A DNA stretch of 64,000 nucleotides, taken from the NCBI GenBank assembly GCA_964270895.1, contig OZ185441.1; one strand, 5' to 3'. Of this stretch, positions 1 to 13,531 are shown in pieces. Origin of the DNA: Podarcis filfolensis. Lineage: Eukaryota. A model generated the notes under the pieces. The model ran no database searches and was not told the DNA's origin. It saw nothing but the letters and a program-made list of their open reading frames with translations. Positions within the stretch are counted from its first letter, which is position 1; each line of letters begins with the position of its first letter. The position numbers and the translations under genes are program-made.

Positions 1-1258
1 TCTCACAGTTTGGTCAAATTATAGTACAGCAAATAATTACATTGGAAGTACAATTCAACCAATGCTAGGATGCAACATATTTGGGAGGCATGTCCCTAAA
101 TTAAGAATTTGTGGGTGGATATAATAAGAGAAAATGAAATAATGACAGGATGCACTTTCCCAATGGATCTTCTCATTGGTTTATCTAGTTATTTTAAGGA
201 TTAAGTATAACAGAAGACAGAGAATTACTCCAACAGTTACTGTCTGTGGCCAAAGCAACTTTTTTTATAACTGAGGGCAGGGGCTAAGAACACCAGCTTT
301 AGGGGAATGGATTACTACAGCATGGAATATTTTATCAATGGTTCAAATAATTAATACAGTAAGAATCAGAGAGGGGAGGCAGTCTGATAACTTTCAGTGT
401 GTTTTTCATAATTTTTTGGTGCAATGAAGTTCAAGATAACGCAGACCCACATACTCTATTCAGATCTTTATGAAGGCTATATACTTTATTTGAGTTCATA
501 ATAAAAATTTAAAGATAATTGTGTACCCAAACATTTGGTTTTTATATAAACCATTATTAAATAATTTACTTATTTAAACAAACAAACAATGGAAATCACT
601 ATCACAAGATGCAATGATGGTCACCTACTTGGGTGGTTTTAAAGGGGGGTTAGAAAAAAATCATTGTCATGTTGGCTATATTACGTCTAGTAGCAGACAC
701 CTCTGACTGTGGACCAAGGGCAGAGCTTTTGAGGGGCATCTGGTTGGCCACAGTGGGAGAAAGAATGCTGGACTCAGTAGAGCTCTGGCCTGATCCAGCA
801 GGGCTCTTCTTATGTTTTTATGAATAGAATTGTGTGCAGTGTTTCTGTGTGATAGACTAGCAGATGAAAAACTAGAAGCATGTTGAAAATTAGGCAGCAC
901 TCTGGTTGTGATCACTTGGAAATGTCAATTCCGTTCAGTGGGGTTCCAGTTTCAAGGGGATATACGGCAGGCAAAAATATTTGAATAGCATACACATCTC
1001 CAGATTGGGTTTATGGTCCTCTAGGCTGTTCTGTTCTGAGCTATTACCTTTAATGCGTACAAACTGAAAGTAAATTACTTTAGTTATTTTCTAATAAAAC
1101 CTCTATCATATACTCTTTCAATTAGACACTATTGATTTCTTCTAACACCTCTTGTCTGTCCACTGTTCTCAGTTCCCAAACTTCATGATGCTATTATCAT
1201 AATATGAAATAATGTGTAAAGTATCCAACAAACATTTTATCCTGTTGGATCATGCCTA

Positions 1259-1434
1259 GCTTCCGTCAAGGTGTTCCGTTGTGCCAAAAGCTGTTTAGTC
1301 ATTCTGGCCACATGACCTGGAAAGCTGTCTGTGGACCAATGCTGACTCCCTCGGCCTGAAAGAGAGATGAGCGCCACCACCCCATAGTCGCCTTTGACTG
1401 AACTTAACTATCCAGGGGTCCTTTACCCTTTTTT
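1259..1434 (+). mobile_element. Sauria SINE, 5'-truncated
   Basis: Contains GGCCACATGACC..GCTGTCTGTGGAC..GAGATGAGCGCC..CATAGTCG..GGTCCTTTACC, the characteristic Sauria SINE 3' half with an ACCTTT-like tail. Confidence 0.75.
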
Positions 1435-2185
1435 ACTGCTGGTAGAGCAGCTACAGCCATTGGTCCTGCACTTGTGCTGTGTTCCTGCTTTGATCACAGG
1501 GAACAACTGCTAAGCAAGGACATTTGTGTGGCACCAGCAGGTAGAAGGCAGGTGGCAGAGTCTGATGTAGAACCAATACCAGCGAACACACTTTTATCAC
1601 CTAGTGCTGTCTAGACAGAAGCTGCAAGTGTTGCATCTTATCTTATCCTCAACAGACAGAGAGAGAACTCTTGGAATAGTAAGTTACTCTTGGAATTCCT
1701 ACCCAACATTGAGAAGAACTTGTGCTCTGTTCCATAAATGTTGATAGACATCCAACAACTTAGGATAGATAAAAAAGGAGAATAATTTCAAGAGGGTGTT
1801 TATATTCTATTTAAGCAACAACAACAAAAATACATTAGACTTACAGCTCTTGTGCTACTATAGCATAACTATTATCGTAATACATTAATTTTAAGATAAA
1901 GTTTTACTCTGTAACTGGATATTTTTATATTAATAATAATGTTTCCATATTTCCAATAAAAAATGAAGATGTGCATAACCTTAATGTAATTGCAGTATTA
2001 GATACGACCCCAATTTTCACAGTACTGAAAAGCCACGAACATAAATGAGGGTAGCTGTACACTAAGAAAGAACACCAAGGAAAAGCCTTCTCAAATGCTC
2101 CACTCAGTGAGCAGAAAGGAAGGTATAGTATGTGCTATAGAAACACCTGCATTTATTCACCTCTGTCTATTTTCATAGAACAAAA

Positions 2186-2224
2186 TGCAGTTCCTTGAGT
2201 GGTCCTCTAAGTGTCAGTGTTGGC
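2186..2224 (+). promoter_or_regulatory. Pcdh CSE / CTCF site (CAGT variant)
   Basis: TGCAG at 2186; core AAGTGT-CAGT-GTTGGCC with CAGT at 2215 (29-bp spacing); 283 bp upstream of the ATG. Confidence 0.75.
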
Positions 2225-2497
2225 CAGTATGACAGCCAGAGAGAGGATAGAGATCCATTGATGCTTCCTGGACTGTAGTAACTCCCATCCCTGCTATTCA
2301 GATCAGGCCAACTGAAGAGCACAGAGACAGGGAACTCTTACAGAGAAGGAAAAATCTCTTTTGCTTTGCACAAATATAAGAATAAGGCAGTTTATTCTTC
2401 CTCAGTGATACCTCATGTTGTTTCCTTCATCACTGTGAGAGCTTGAGCATAGGAAACTGAGAAAAGGAAGCAGCCTGTTTTTGAGAGAACCAGCCAG

Positions 2498-4918
2498 ATG
2501 GAGAGAAGGCACCCAGGGAATGGCAGGGCACTCACAAGGCAAGTACTGCTTCTCTCTCTATTGTCTTTTACCTGTTGGGCTGCATCAGAGCAGATTCATT
2601 ATTCAACCCCTGAGGAGATGGCAAAGGGTTCTGTTGTGGGGAACCTCGCCAAGGACCTGGGACTGAGCACCAAAGAACTAAAACATCGCAATCTGCACAC
2701 TGTGTCTGTGGCTAAAATGCAGCATTTCAGTATCAATGCAGAGAATGGAAACCTCTATGTAAATGACAGGATTGATAGGGAGGGGATATGTGGCAAAAAT
2801 CCAAATTGCTTTGTTAATTTTGAAGTTGTGGTGGAAAACCCTTTGAATATTTTTCATGTACTAGTGGAAATCCAGGATGTTAATGATAATGCACCCCAAT
2901 TCCTCAATGATAATATCAGCTTGGAGACAGGCGAACTAACTTTGCCAGGCACTCGATTTCTCCTTGGGAAAGCAGAAGATCCTGACATTGGGATGAACTC
3001 TCTCCAGGATTACCAGCTGAGCTCCAATCAGTATTTCTCTTTGGAAGTTAGAGAAAGGAAAGATGGAAATAAATATGCAGAACTGGTGCTACAGAAATCT
3101 CTTGATCGAGAAAGTGAACAGACCCTTCACTTGGTTATTACCGCTATGGATGGGGGGGAACCCAGAAAAACGGGGACTGCCCAGATATGGATTAATGTCC
3201 TAGATGCCAATGACAACCCGCCTGTTTTCACTCAAGAGGTATACAAGGTCAGTTTATCTGAAAATGTTCCTGTTGGGTCACTTGTTCTCCAGGTTGCAGC
3301 CTCTGATAAGGATGAAGGTACAAATGCCCAAATCAGGTATCATTTTAGTAACATACCAGCAAGTGCCGAACGGAAATTCAAGCTGGATCCCATCAGTGGT
3401 AGAATCACTCTTCTGGAGCAACTGGATTTTGAGGACGACGATGAATATACTATGACAGTTGCTTCAAAAGATGGAGGTGGGTTGATGACACATTCTAACA
3501 TTGAGCTAAGGGTTCATGATGAGAATGATAATGCCCCGGATGTGACCTTAGCCTCCATGTTCAGTCCTGTTCCTGAAGATTCTCTGCCAGGGACAGTTAT
3601 TGCTCTGATCAATGTAAATGACAGAGATAGTGGAGATAATGGAAAGGTCACTTGCTATTTACAGGATGATTTACCCTTCAAAATTCTTCCCTCATCTAAC
3701 AATTACTTCAAGCTCCAGACAGACAGTCTCCTGGACAGAGAAATAGCTCCTGCATATAATATTACAATCACAGCCACTGATAAAGGAACTCCGCCTCTTT
3801 CCACACACAAAACAATCTCACTACAGATCTCAGATATCAATGATAATGCCCCTACATTTCAGAGATCAACCTACAGCATCTATGTGCCAGAAAACAATCC
3901 TTCAGGTGCCTCCATTTTCACCATCAAAGCCTCTGATCCCGATGTGGACCAGAACTCACGGATCACATACTCCATCCTCAACAGCAACATCGAGGAGCTT
4001 CCCATCTCCTCCTATATTTCCATTAATTCAGAGACCGGCACCATCTATGCCCAGAGATCCTTTGACTATGAACAATTCAGAGAGTTTCGGGTGCAAGTGA
4101 AGGCCCAAGATGGGGGTTTTCCCCCTCTCAGCAGCAATGTGAGCGTCAGGGTGTTTGTTCTTGACAGGAATGATAACAGCCCTCGTATCCTGTCCCCCTC
4201 ACAAGAAGCCAAGGGCTCAGCCTTGTTTGAGATGGTGCCTCGTTCGGCCGAGGCAGATTATCTTGTCACCAAGGTGGTGGCCGTGGATGCAGATTCTGGA
4301 CACAACGCCTGGCTCTCCTACCACCTGACTCAGGCCACTGAGCCGGCACTCTTCACGGTTGGTTCTCATACTGGAGAGATCAGGACAGCCAGGGCCTTTG
4401 TGGAGAGAGACGCTGTGAAACAGAGACTGGTCATTATGGTGAAGGATAACGGGCAGCCGTCTCTCTCGGCCACCATGACTCTGAACCTGGTGTTTGCTGA
4501 GAACTTTCAGGAGGCCCTTCCGGAAATGAAGAGGCAACCCAGCAGCTCGGAGTATCAGTCTGACCTGCAGTTCTACTTGGTGCTGGCCTTAGCTGTGATC
4601 TCCTTCATGTTCCTCTTGACTGTGATTCTGGCCGTTACAATGAAGCTCCGTCAATCAGGGCACCCCAGGTTCCTACAGTGCTTTGGTCCTGTTCCCCATT
4701 CCAAGAATGGTGCCATCTTCCCACCCAAATTTGAAGATGGGACTTTGCCCTATTCCTACCAGCTGTGTCTGTCTTCTGAAACCAGGAAGAATGAGTTTGC
4801 CTTCCTGACACCCAATGTTCAGATGGTAGACAATATTGTTAGCAGTGAGAAACCTGATGTGCCTTTTACAGGCAACATTGGAAACAATTTTCATTCTGAG
4901 ATGGCTAATGGTGAAGAG
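2498..4918 (+). CDS. Protocadherin gamma-B-like variable exon (B1-type, copy 1)
   Basis: ORF with signal peptide, six cadherin repeats (DRE, DxNDNxP, AxDxG motifs), [17 protein letters not shown] and gamma-B-type tail ([16 protein letters not shown]). Phase-0 donor GAG|GTAAGG at 4919 after 807 codons; the unspliced ORF runs on to 5038. Confidence 0.93.
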
Positions 4919-6356
4919 GTAAGGTTTGTTCTCTGTATTTACATGTGTGGTACACTCTGTAGTTCTTTACCATTAAGTGACATTGCAATGCAACCTTTTA
5001 TACTGCAGGTGTACCTGCCTTTTTCAGTCTTTAGTTAGTTTTTCATATAGAAATCAATAGGTGGGGCTTTATTTTTTATGTTCATTTTAATTATTTATTA
5101 GCTTTCTATACTGCCTTTCATCCAAAGATCACATGGCAGCTTGCAATATAAAAGCTCTCATGTGTCATCATCTTTCCTATCTGTTCTAAGTAGCTGAGGC
5201 TAAACCACCTGGTGCAATTAGCCATTTCGTAGTCAGTTGGGGTATCGCATTTTCTACTTTCAGGGGATATTGCAATTTTTTGTTCTTTGTTTTGCTGGTG
5301 CATTCTTCAACATTTGACACAATAATAGTGTATCAATAGTCAATGTATACTGGATTGTCCACACATCATTTTTCTTTATTACTTGTTTTGAGCTGCCTCC
5401 CCAGTGTTATTGCATTTTTGAAGAGAACAGCTGTCATTGCATTAGTCCTTAGCACAGAGCGAGGTAACAAAATCTAAACTAGGTAATAAGATTTACATAA
5501 ACTTACATGAAAAATAGCACTACTTGCTAGTTAAACTATTGCCATTTGTAGGGGCACTACTGTATGATGAAAGCGGGACAAAGAATAAACCAGAGCATTG
5601 GTGTTATAAAAAGTTGCAGGATTTCAGCAGGAAGATATGGGACACTCACTCACATTAGTCACAAAGCGGCTTATTGTACCATAAATAACACAGTAGAACA
5701 TCACAAGCACAATAAAAATCATATAAAATAATAAACAAATCATCAGTAAAGTAAAACAACCACCTTTTAAAATACACTTTTAACAAAACAAGTTTAAAAA
5801 TAGGCTAAAGTCATATTATAAAATTCACAAAGCATTACAGCTCTCATAGTCCACAAAACAATATCAAGAACATTAACAAAGAACCAAAAACAAAATAAGC
5901 ATTCATACATCATCATGAGTCACAATAAAAATGGCATGGGGGGGGCTTATGGTTTACTTAAATCTCCCTAAAGCTAGGCTGGTTATAAATCTCTTTTTTT
6001 CAAGATTTGTTTGGGGGGGTGGGGTTGGTTACACACATACACACACAACGCACATGTATACCTTGCATAAAGTACGTTGTGACATGATGATCTAAGTACC
6101 TTGTGTTTTTTGGCATCAATTTGACTCAAGAATGGACAACTACAACATTCACCCAGCTATTACTATTACTATTGCTATTACTATTACAGTTATTACTATT
6201 ACTATACTATTATTATTATCACCCAATATAGTGTATCTGTATCGTTTTTAACCTGTAGTGAGCTGTAGCAATCTGGATTATGTTATAAATTGATTTTAAT
6301 CTAGTACTAGGCTGCTTATATTTACAAGTCTGAATAGGTTGCCTATAGTTTATATT

Positions 6357-6923
6357 GAAGATCATTGTAATACACACCCGCACCCACACCCCCGGTGGTT
6401 CAGATACAGAATTTCCCTGTTCCATTCAATAGCAAGAATTGGGTTCCTCTCATTAAATTGTTGGCATTTAATTGAACATTGGCTGCAACATGTAACCCAA
6501 TATTTTAATACAGGACTTCATCTGTAATGTGGATCCAACATTTTTTGTGCATCTTTGAACTCCACAGAAAATGCATTTGCTTTAATTTTTTGGAGATGTA
6601 AATGGTTGTGCATGTTCTCAATGCTGCCTCTGTGGACAGTTGGGAAAAACATTGTACAAAGTACTTTGACATAATGGTTCAGATCTAGAGTTTCCCTGTT
6701 TCATATACCAGTGAGGATTGGATTTCACTGATCAAATTGTTGGTATTTAATTGAGCACTGGATGCAATGCTTAACCCATTGTTTTAATGTAGGAGGTCAT
6801 GTGTAATGTGGATGCAACCTTTTTATGTGTATCTTTGAACTCCACAGAAGACGCTTTTGCTTTAATCTTTTGGAGGTGTAAATTGTGCAGCATGTTCTCA
6901 ATGCTGCCTCTGTGGACAGTTGG
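6357..6923 (+). repeat. Diverged tandem duplication, period about 285 bp
   Basis: 6405-6642 aligns to 6685-6923 (TTTCCCTGTTTC..AAATTGTTGG..TCTTTGAACTCCACAGAA..ATGCTGCCTCTGTGGACAGTTGG). Confidence 0.8.
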
Positions 6924-8220
6924 CGTGGGCATGGTGGCACCATTCTCTAGGCCTCTGTTTTGGCATGGCAGTGTCTGGCCTTCTCCTTCTAGCTTCAAAC
7001 AAGGCAGGATCTATCAGTTCCCAGTTGGGGCTGAATGGTTGTATTTCGTTCTTGTTGCTAAATTGGCCAAATGAGAGGATGAATGACAGGAGCTTTCTCA
7101 TCTGTTAGGCAGTCAATAATTAAAGGCTGGCTGTAATTGGACCCCAGCCATTCTTTTTAAATGTGCCACAACTGGCAAGTGCTATGTAGGTTAGAAAGCA
7201 AAAGGATCCTATAGTGGGCAGCCCAAGACCTGAAAGGAGAGTTACCCAAACCAACCTTCATGGCATTCTTACTAGTTTGGGGGAATCTGGTGATGGCAAT
7301 TACTCGTCTGTACTGATGACCTCATTGACTGTAGCACTTACTGGCTCAGAGCTGATGATACCTAATGGTCTTCATTTGCACTCAGTGGAGCTGAGGGGGA
7401 GGGCACTGAAGAGAAAAGACCAGTTTCAGTATTGATCTAATACTTGGACCCTGGCGGGTGGGCATCAAAGGAGAAACATCATCCTACTTCTGAGGTAGTT
7501 TGTCTGTCTTTGGTCCCCACCATGCACACAGGCACTATGGCAGTGGTCACATCCTGGGATATGACTTTGACTGACTGGCTAAAGCAAGTGAGGGTAGCTG
7601 ATGGGTCTCAAACCCTCAGTGAGTTAGGGACTTTCTCTGCATGTGAAGACAAGTTCTGGTGGATTGAGCAGACAAAATAATAGTGGGTTCAGCAATCAAG
7701 AAGGTGGTTACTGCACATGCCGTAGAGGGAAGTGAGTGGCAGATCACTTCCTCTTCAACCTGGGAAGGTAACACATTTAGGAGAAGGAAAACTCTGATCC
7801 AAAACTCTGCTGCCTTGCAGGCTATCCCCTACACAAATCCAGAGTGTAGTCTGTAAGACAATTGGATGTCATCTGCTAATAATTTATAATTAATCCTTGA
7901 TTGTGTAACAATCTAGTGAGCACTTGTTTGTATCTATTATGTCTAAGTTAACTTCACCCCTAAAAGCTGAGCGATTTTGTTGTTGTCTCCCAACTTGTTG
8001 AGATAAGATGTCTTCTGTTTCTCTCTCTCATCACTAATCATCCTGTAGATAGTTGCTGCATGAATGAAGCATTTGAACTCCAGAAACTGAAAGTGATTAT
8101 TCCAATCTGATTCATGCTGAAAGGTCTACTAACAATGGGCAATTATGCACCAGCAGAGTGGCACTAACATCACTTTGTGGGTGGAAACCAGTGGAGGCCG
8201 ACCAGGCCGTGCAGAGGAAG

Positions 8221-8223
<3 letters not shown>

Positions 8224-8273
<50 letters not shown>
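8224..8273. repeat. (GT)25 microsatellite
   Basis: Read directly from the sequence. Confidence 0.97.
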
Positions 8274-8275
<2 letters not shown>

Positions 8276-9033
8276 CAAGCTGCATACTCAGGATCCCTTA
8301 CATACTATTGGCTTACAAAAAACCTATAATGTTATTGTTCTGTGTAAAGAAGAGGGTGATGAGCCATACCTGTGAGACTGTGAAGTAGATGTGCAAGGTC
8401 AGAAACACACATAGTAAATTAAATTAACACTAGAAATTGGAAAGCTATCTACCGTGACTGAATTACTGGAGCACATGAATGTGGGGGGAACAATGGCAAA
8501 GTTGAGAGGTGCTAAATAAATCTATTGAAGGGGTTGTCTACACAAATAGACCAATATTCTGAGTGCTAATACGAGGTGAGATGACAAAACTAAGCATGAG
8601 ATATGGGACTAATTTCAGTGATAAGCAATGTAATACAAGATGCTTCCTTAGGATATACACTCAAACACAAGAAGATATATACCTCTAAAAGCAGACATTC
8701 TTGTTTCTAAGGTTCATGTGAAGGCCTAACTATAGGCAATAATACATTTTCCTCAATTTCTAAATAGTCCCATACTGTAAATGATAATGTTTAATTGTGC
8801 AGCCTGTAATTCCATTTTTGTCAGCAGCACTGCAAATTAATAAGCTTGGAAATAATTATAAATATCTCTATCAAGGTAGAGTAAAAAATTAACCTGCAAA
8901 ATATCAAGAAAATTAAAGCTAGTAAAGAAGGTTCACATATTCTGTTTAAAAGCCTGCCTTGAGCCATCACATATAAACACCAACAGAGACCTTGTGTGAC
9001 ATGTATTGGGGAGAAAAATCACTGGGAAAAGAT

Positions 9034-9072
9034 TGCAGTTCTCTGCTTCAGACTCACAGTGTCACTGTTGGA
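9034..9072 (+). promoter_or_regulatory. Pcdh CSE / CTCF site (CACT variant)
   Basis: TGCAG at 9034; CAGTGT-CACT-GTTGGAC with CACT at 9063 (29 bp); 257 bp upstream of the ATG. Confidence 0.75.
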
Positions 9073-9319
9073 CAAGGCGGCAATCCAAGGGCAGCTGAAG
9101 TTCCACTGATGCTTTCTGCAGGGAGATCTCTTTGTCCCAAACTGCACATCGGGAATACCAGCAGACGCTGGAACAAACGTTTCAGCTGAGAAAGAAAAAA
9201 GAAAACACTGCAGCATATACAAATTAAGCCAAAGGATCCAGTTCTTTTTTTACTGGGCAAAAAAATCTCCTGTCTTGGTGGAAATCTGAAATCCTGTGCT
9301 CATCAAAGAGAAGAGGAAA

Positions 9320-11749
9320 ATGAATATGAGAGGAATCCTTCATGGAGAGAGCTTTCAAACATCAGGGAGGTATATAACACTTCTGATATTTTCATCTTTG
9401 TTCTGTGGAGCAGTTTTGGAAGAGGTTCACTATTCCATCCCTGAGGAGATGGCAAAGGGGTCTTTGGTGGGAAATCTTGCCAAGGATCTAGGACTGAATG
9501 CCAGAGACCTGAAGAACAGAAACCTGCATATCCTTTCTGAAGGTAAAAAGCCATATTTCACTATCAGTGCACAAAATGGAAACCTGTATGTAAATGAAAG
9601 GATAGATCGTGAGGAAATATGTGGGGACAGTGTACGCTGTCTGATTAATTTTGAAGCTGTGGTTGAAAATCCTTTGAATGTTTTCCATATTATTGTAGCA
9701 ATTCAGGACATTAATGATAATATGCCACAGTTTTTAAATGAAATCATGAGGCTTGAAATTGTTGAATCCACATTACCAGGTACAAGATTTCATACTGGGA
9801 AAGCTGAAGATCCTGATATTGGGACTAATTCTCTCCAGAATTACCAGCTAAGTTCAAATCACTATTTCATTCTAGAGATTCGACAGGGAGAAGATGGCCA
9901 TAAATATGCAGAATTGGCGTTGCAGAAACCTTTGGATCGGGAAAGTGAGCACACGCTTCAGTTGATCCTTACGGCCCTGGATGGGGGTGAACCCAGAAAA
10001 ACTGGGACTGCCCAGATATGGATTAATGTCACAGATGCCAATGACAACCCACCAGTCTTCACTCAAGAGGTTTATACAGTTAGCCTGAGGGAAAATTCCC
10101 CTGTGGGGTCCCCAATACTCCAAGTAAAAGCCTCTGATAGAGATGAAGGTCTGAATGCCCAAATTCATTATACATTTAGTAATATTCCCAAAAGAACCTA
10201 CCAAAAATTTGACCTAGTTCCACAAAGTGGAACCATTACAATTAAGGAAGCGCTTGACTTTGAGGAAACAGAGATGTACACTATGACCGTTGAAGCAAGA
10301 GATGGAGGAGGATTAGCGGCTCATTGTAATGTCAATATAAAGATTCTAGATGAGAATGACAATGCTCCAGAGATCATTCTGACCTCCTTATCTAGTCCAG
10401 TTCCTGAAGACTCTGTTTCCGGAACAGTAATAGCTCTCATCAACGTAAAGGATAGGGATTCTGGAGAAAATGGAAAGATCACCTGCCACTTACAAAGTAA
10501 TGTACCATTTAAAATAGTGTCAACATCTAAGAACTACTATAAAATCCTCACAGACAGTCCTTTGGACAGAGAAAAAGCCTCAGGATACAACATCACAATC
10601 TCGGCCACCGACAAAGGTAGCCCCCCTCTCTCCTCCAACAAAACCATCTCCCTGCAGATTTCAGACATCAATGACAACCCCCCTGCCTTTGAAAAATCAA
10701 CCTACAGTGTCTTTGTGCCAGAAAACAATCCCTCAGGTGCCTCCATTTTCTCCATCAAAGCCACAGACCCGGATCTGGACCGCAACTCACGTATCACTTA
10801 CTCCATCCTCAACAGCAACATGGAGGAGCTGCCTCTCTCCTCTTACGTCTCCATCAACTCTGAGACGGGAACTATCTATGCACAGCGCTCCTTTGACTAT
10901 GAGCAATTCAGGGAGTTTCAGATCCAAGTGAAGGCCCAAGATGGCGGCTCTCCCTCTCTCAGCAACAACGCCACCATGTGGGTGTACATTTTGGATCAGA
11001 ACGATAACAGCCCTCGTGTTCTGTATCCTTTCCCGGGTGTTGAGGGCTCTGCCTTGTTTGAGATGGTTCCTCACTCAGCAGAGCCAGGCTACTTAGTGAC
11101 CAAAGTGGTGGCTGTGGATGCGGACTCTGGGCACAATGCCTGGCTCTCTTACCAAGTGCTGCAGGCCACAGAGCCGGCCCTCTTCACCATTGGGACCCAC
11201 ACAGGAGAGATCAGGACGTCACGAGCCCTTCTGGAGAAAGATGCTGTGAAACAGAAGCTGGTCATCTTGGTGAAGGACAATGGAAAGGCTCCACTCTCAG
11301 CTACTGTGGTCCTCAACCTTGTGGTTGCTGAGAACTTCCAAGAGGCACTTCCAGAAATGACTAGGCAATCCAGTGACACAGAGCATCATTCTGACCTCCA
11401 GTTTTACTTGGTGCTGGCTTTGGCATTGATCTCATTTTTATTCCTCCTGACGGTGATACTGGTCATTGTCATGAAACTTCGACAATCAGGAAATCCCAAA
11501 TTATTCCAATGCTTTGAACCTAATGCTTTTTCTAAGGCGCAGGTCATATTTCCACCAAACTATGAAGAAGGAACTTTACCTTATTCCTACCAACTCTGCC
11601 TATCGTCAGAGATGAGGAAAGAGCAGATCTCTTTCCCGAAATCCCATATCCAGGTGGCAGAAAACTTGCTATGCAATGATAGCTCTCAGGTGGTTCTTGT
11701 GGATGGCAACTGTGGGGATGCCAGTGCCAAAGAGGAGGTTGGTGAGCAG
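9320..11749 (+). CDS. Protocadherin gamma-B-like variable exon (B2-type, copy 1)
   Basis: First in-frame ATG at 9320 (the ORF-track start at 9296 is GTG). Six cadherin repeats, [17 protein letters not shown], tail [16 protein letters not shown]. Donor CAG|GTAAGC at 11750 after 810 codons, phase 0. Confidence 0.93.
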
Positions 11750-13531
11750 GTAAGCTTTGCTTTCAGAAACTGTGATGTTGGCATTACAACCTTGTTCCTT
11801 GTATGAGCATAACTAGTATTTTTAGCTGTCTTCCTCTCAACTGCCTAATTTGCTAAATGAGAGAACTAAAAAAAATCAAATTATATTACTAGCACCAGCT
11901 GTTCAGACTGTAGAAAACTTTTTTTACAAGTAGTCTACAAATTGCAATGACAGAGGCAAATTCAATGCTAAGTCTGAAAATGACGTTCAGGTGAGTCTTC
12001 ATGAATTATGGAATTTATATCCTTTTCTTCCTTCTAGTAATTTTCTTCCTGTAGATTATTAAAATATCACTATCATTATATACAGTAGTTATTTTTTAGT
12101 TCCTCCTAGAGGTTAAATATGTGGATTTTTACTTCGTTCACTCACAAAGTTTATTCATCCTGTTGTGATTTGAGTTAACTGAAAAATGTATAAAACATGA
12201 ATGCTTCCTATTTGTTCATAGTAGATCTTTTGGACTGTTTTGAACTTCTCTGGAAGATTCATGTAGAAAGAACTTGTATGAAATGCAGAATGCTCAGAAA
12301 AGCGCAACTAAGATGGTCAAGTGGGTGGAACAACTTCTTTATTCGGAAAAAAGTGCAATGCTTAACAATATTTAGTATAGATCAAAGACAAGGGAGAAGC
12401 GATATGAGAGAGCTAGTCCTTCCAGTGCCACATTTCAACCACATCTACAGGACAGCAAGTAATTTAAGTGGCAGGTGCAAGGCAACCAATGCTAGGATGC
12501 AACATTTTTGTGGGGCATGTCCTGAAATGAAAAGTTCCAGGTGGATATAATAAGGGAAGCTGAAATAATAACAGGATACACTTTATCAACGGTTATTCTT
12601 ATTGTTTTATTCAGCTGTATTAAGGGTTTAATACTAGCAGAGTATTAGTCCAAGACTTATTAACTATAGCAAGAACAACTATTTGGTATAAGTTGAGTGG
12701 AGTGTGTGGTTAAGAACACCAGCTTTACAGGAGTGGAGTATGGGATATTTTATCTATGGTTAAACTAATGAATATGGTAAGAGTCAGAGTGGGGAGACTG
12801 ATAAAATTGTGGTGGAAAAATAGAACATTTTCATACTTAATTTGTGCAATAAGGTTCAAGATAATACACTGTTAGAAACTTTATAAATCAGTATGCTCTC
12901 TTTGAGTGTATAATATAAAACTATTGAAACTTGTATCCAGCCATTATTTTTATTTATACAGAACAATCACACATACTTTACACATTTTAATAAATAAATA
13001 ACTTATGGAAATTGCTCCCACAAAAAGCTGTGATGGCCACTAACTTGGGTGCCTTATAGACAACTTCATGGTGGCCGCAAGTCGTGCTGACTGTATCCCG
13101 TCAAGTACTAGAAGTAGGATGCCTCCAAATGCCACAGTGGGAGACAAGTTGCTTAACAAGAAAGGCCTTGGGTCTGATCCAGCAAGGCTCTTCTTATGTT
13201 GTTACATTTTAATGAAAGGAATTGTGTGCCCTGATGTTGTGTGATAGACTGACAGAAAAAGGACTATAAGCATGTTAAAGTGAGGCAATGCTCTGCCGGT
13301 GATCCCTTGGGTATGTAGCTTCCATTCAAGGGGGTTCAATTTCAGTGGGATAGACATCAAGGCAAAACATGTTTTCAATAGGCTGTATATCTCCAGACTG
13401 GGTTGTGAGTCTTGTGAGCTGTTATGCGCAGCAATCAGAGGAGCTGTTGTTTTAATGTGTACAAACTGAAAGCAAATAACTTGAAATTTGCTAAAGGGAA
13501 ACTACTGTACATTGCACAACATGGTTTTCCT

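Noticed and set aside
7452-7860. Possible RTE-type LINE 5' remnant unique to unit 1
   Set aside because: Only a vague motif resemblance; the family cannot be supported without a database search.
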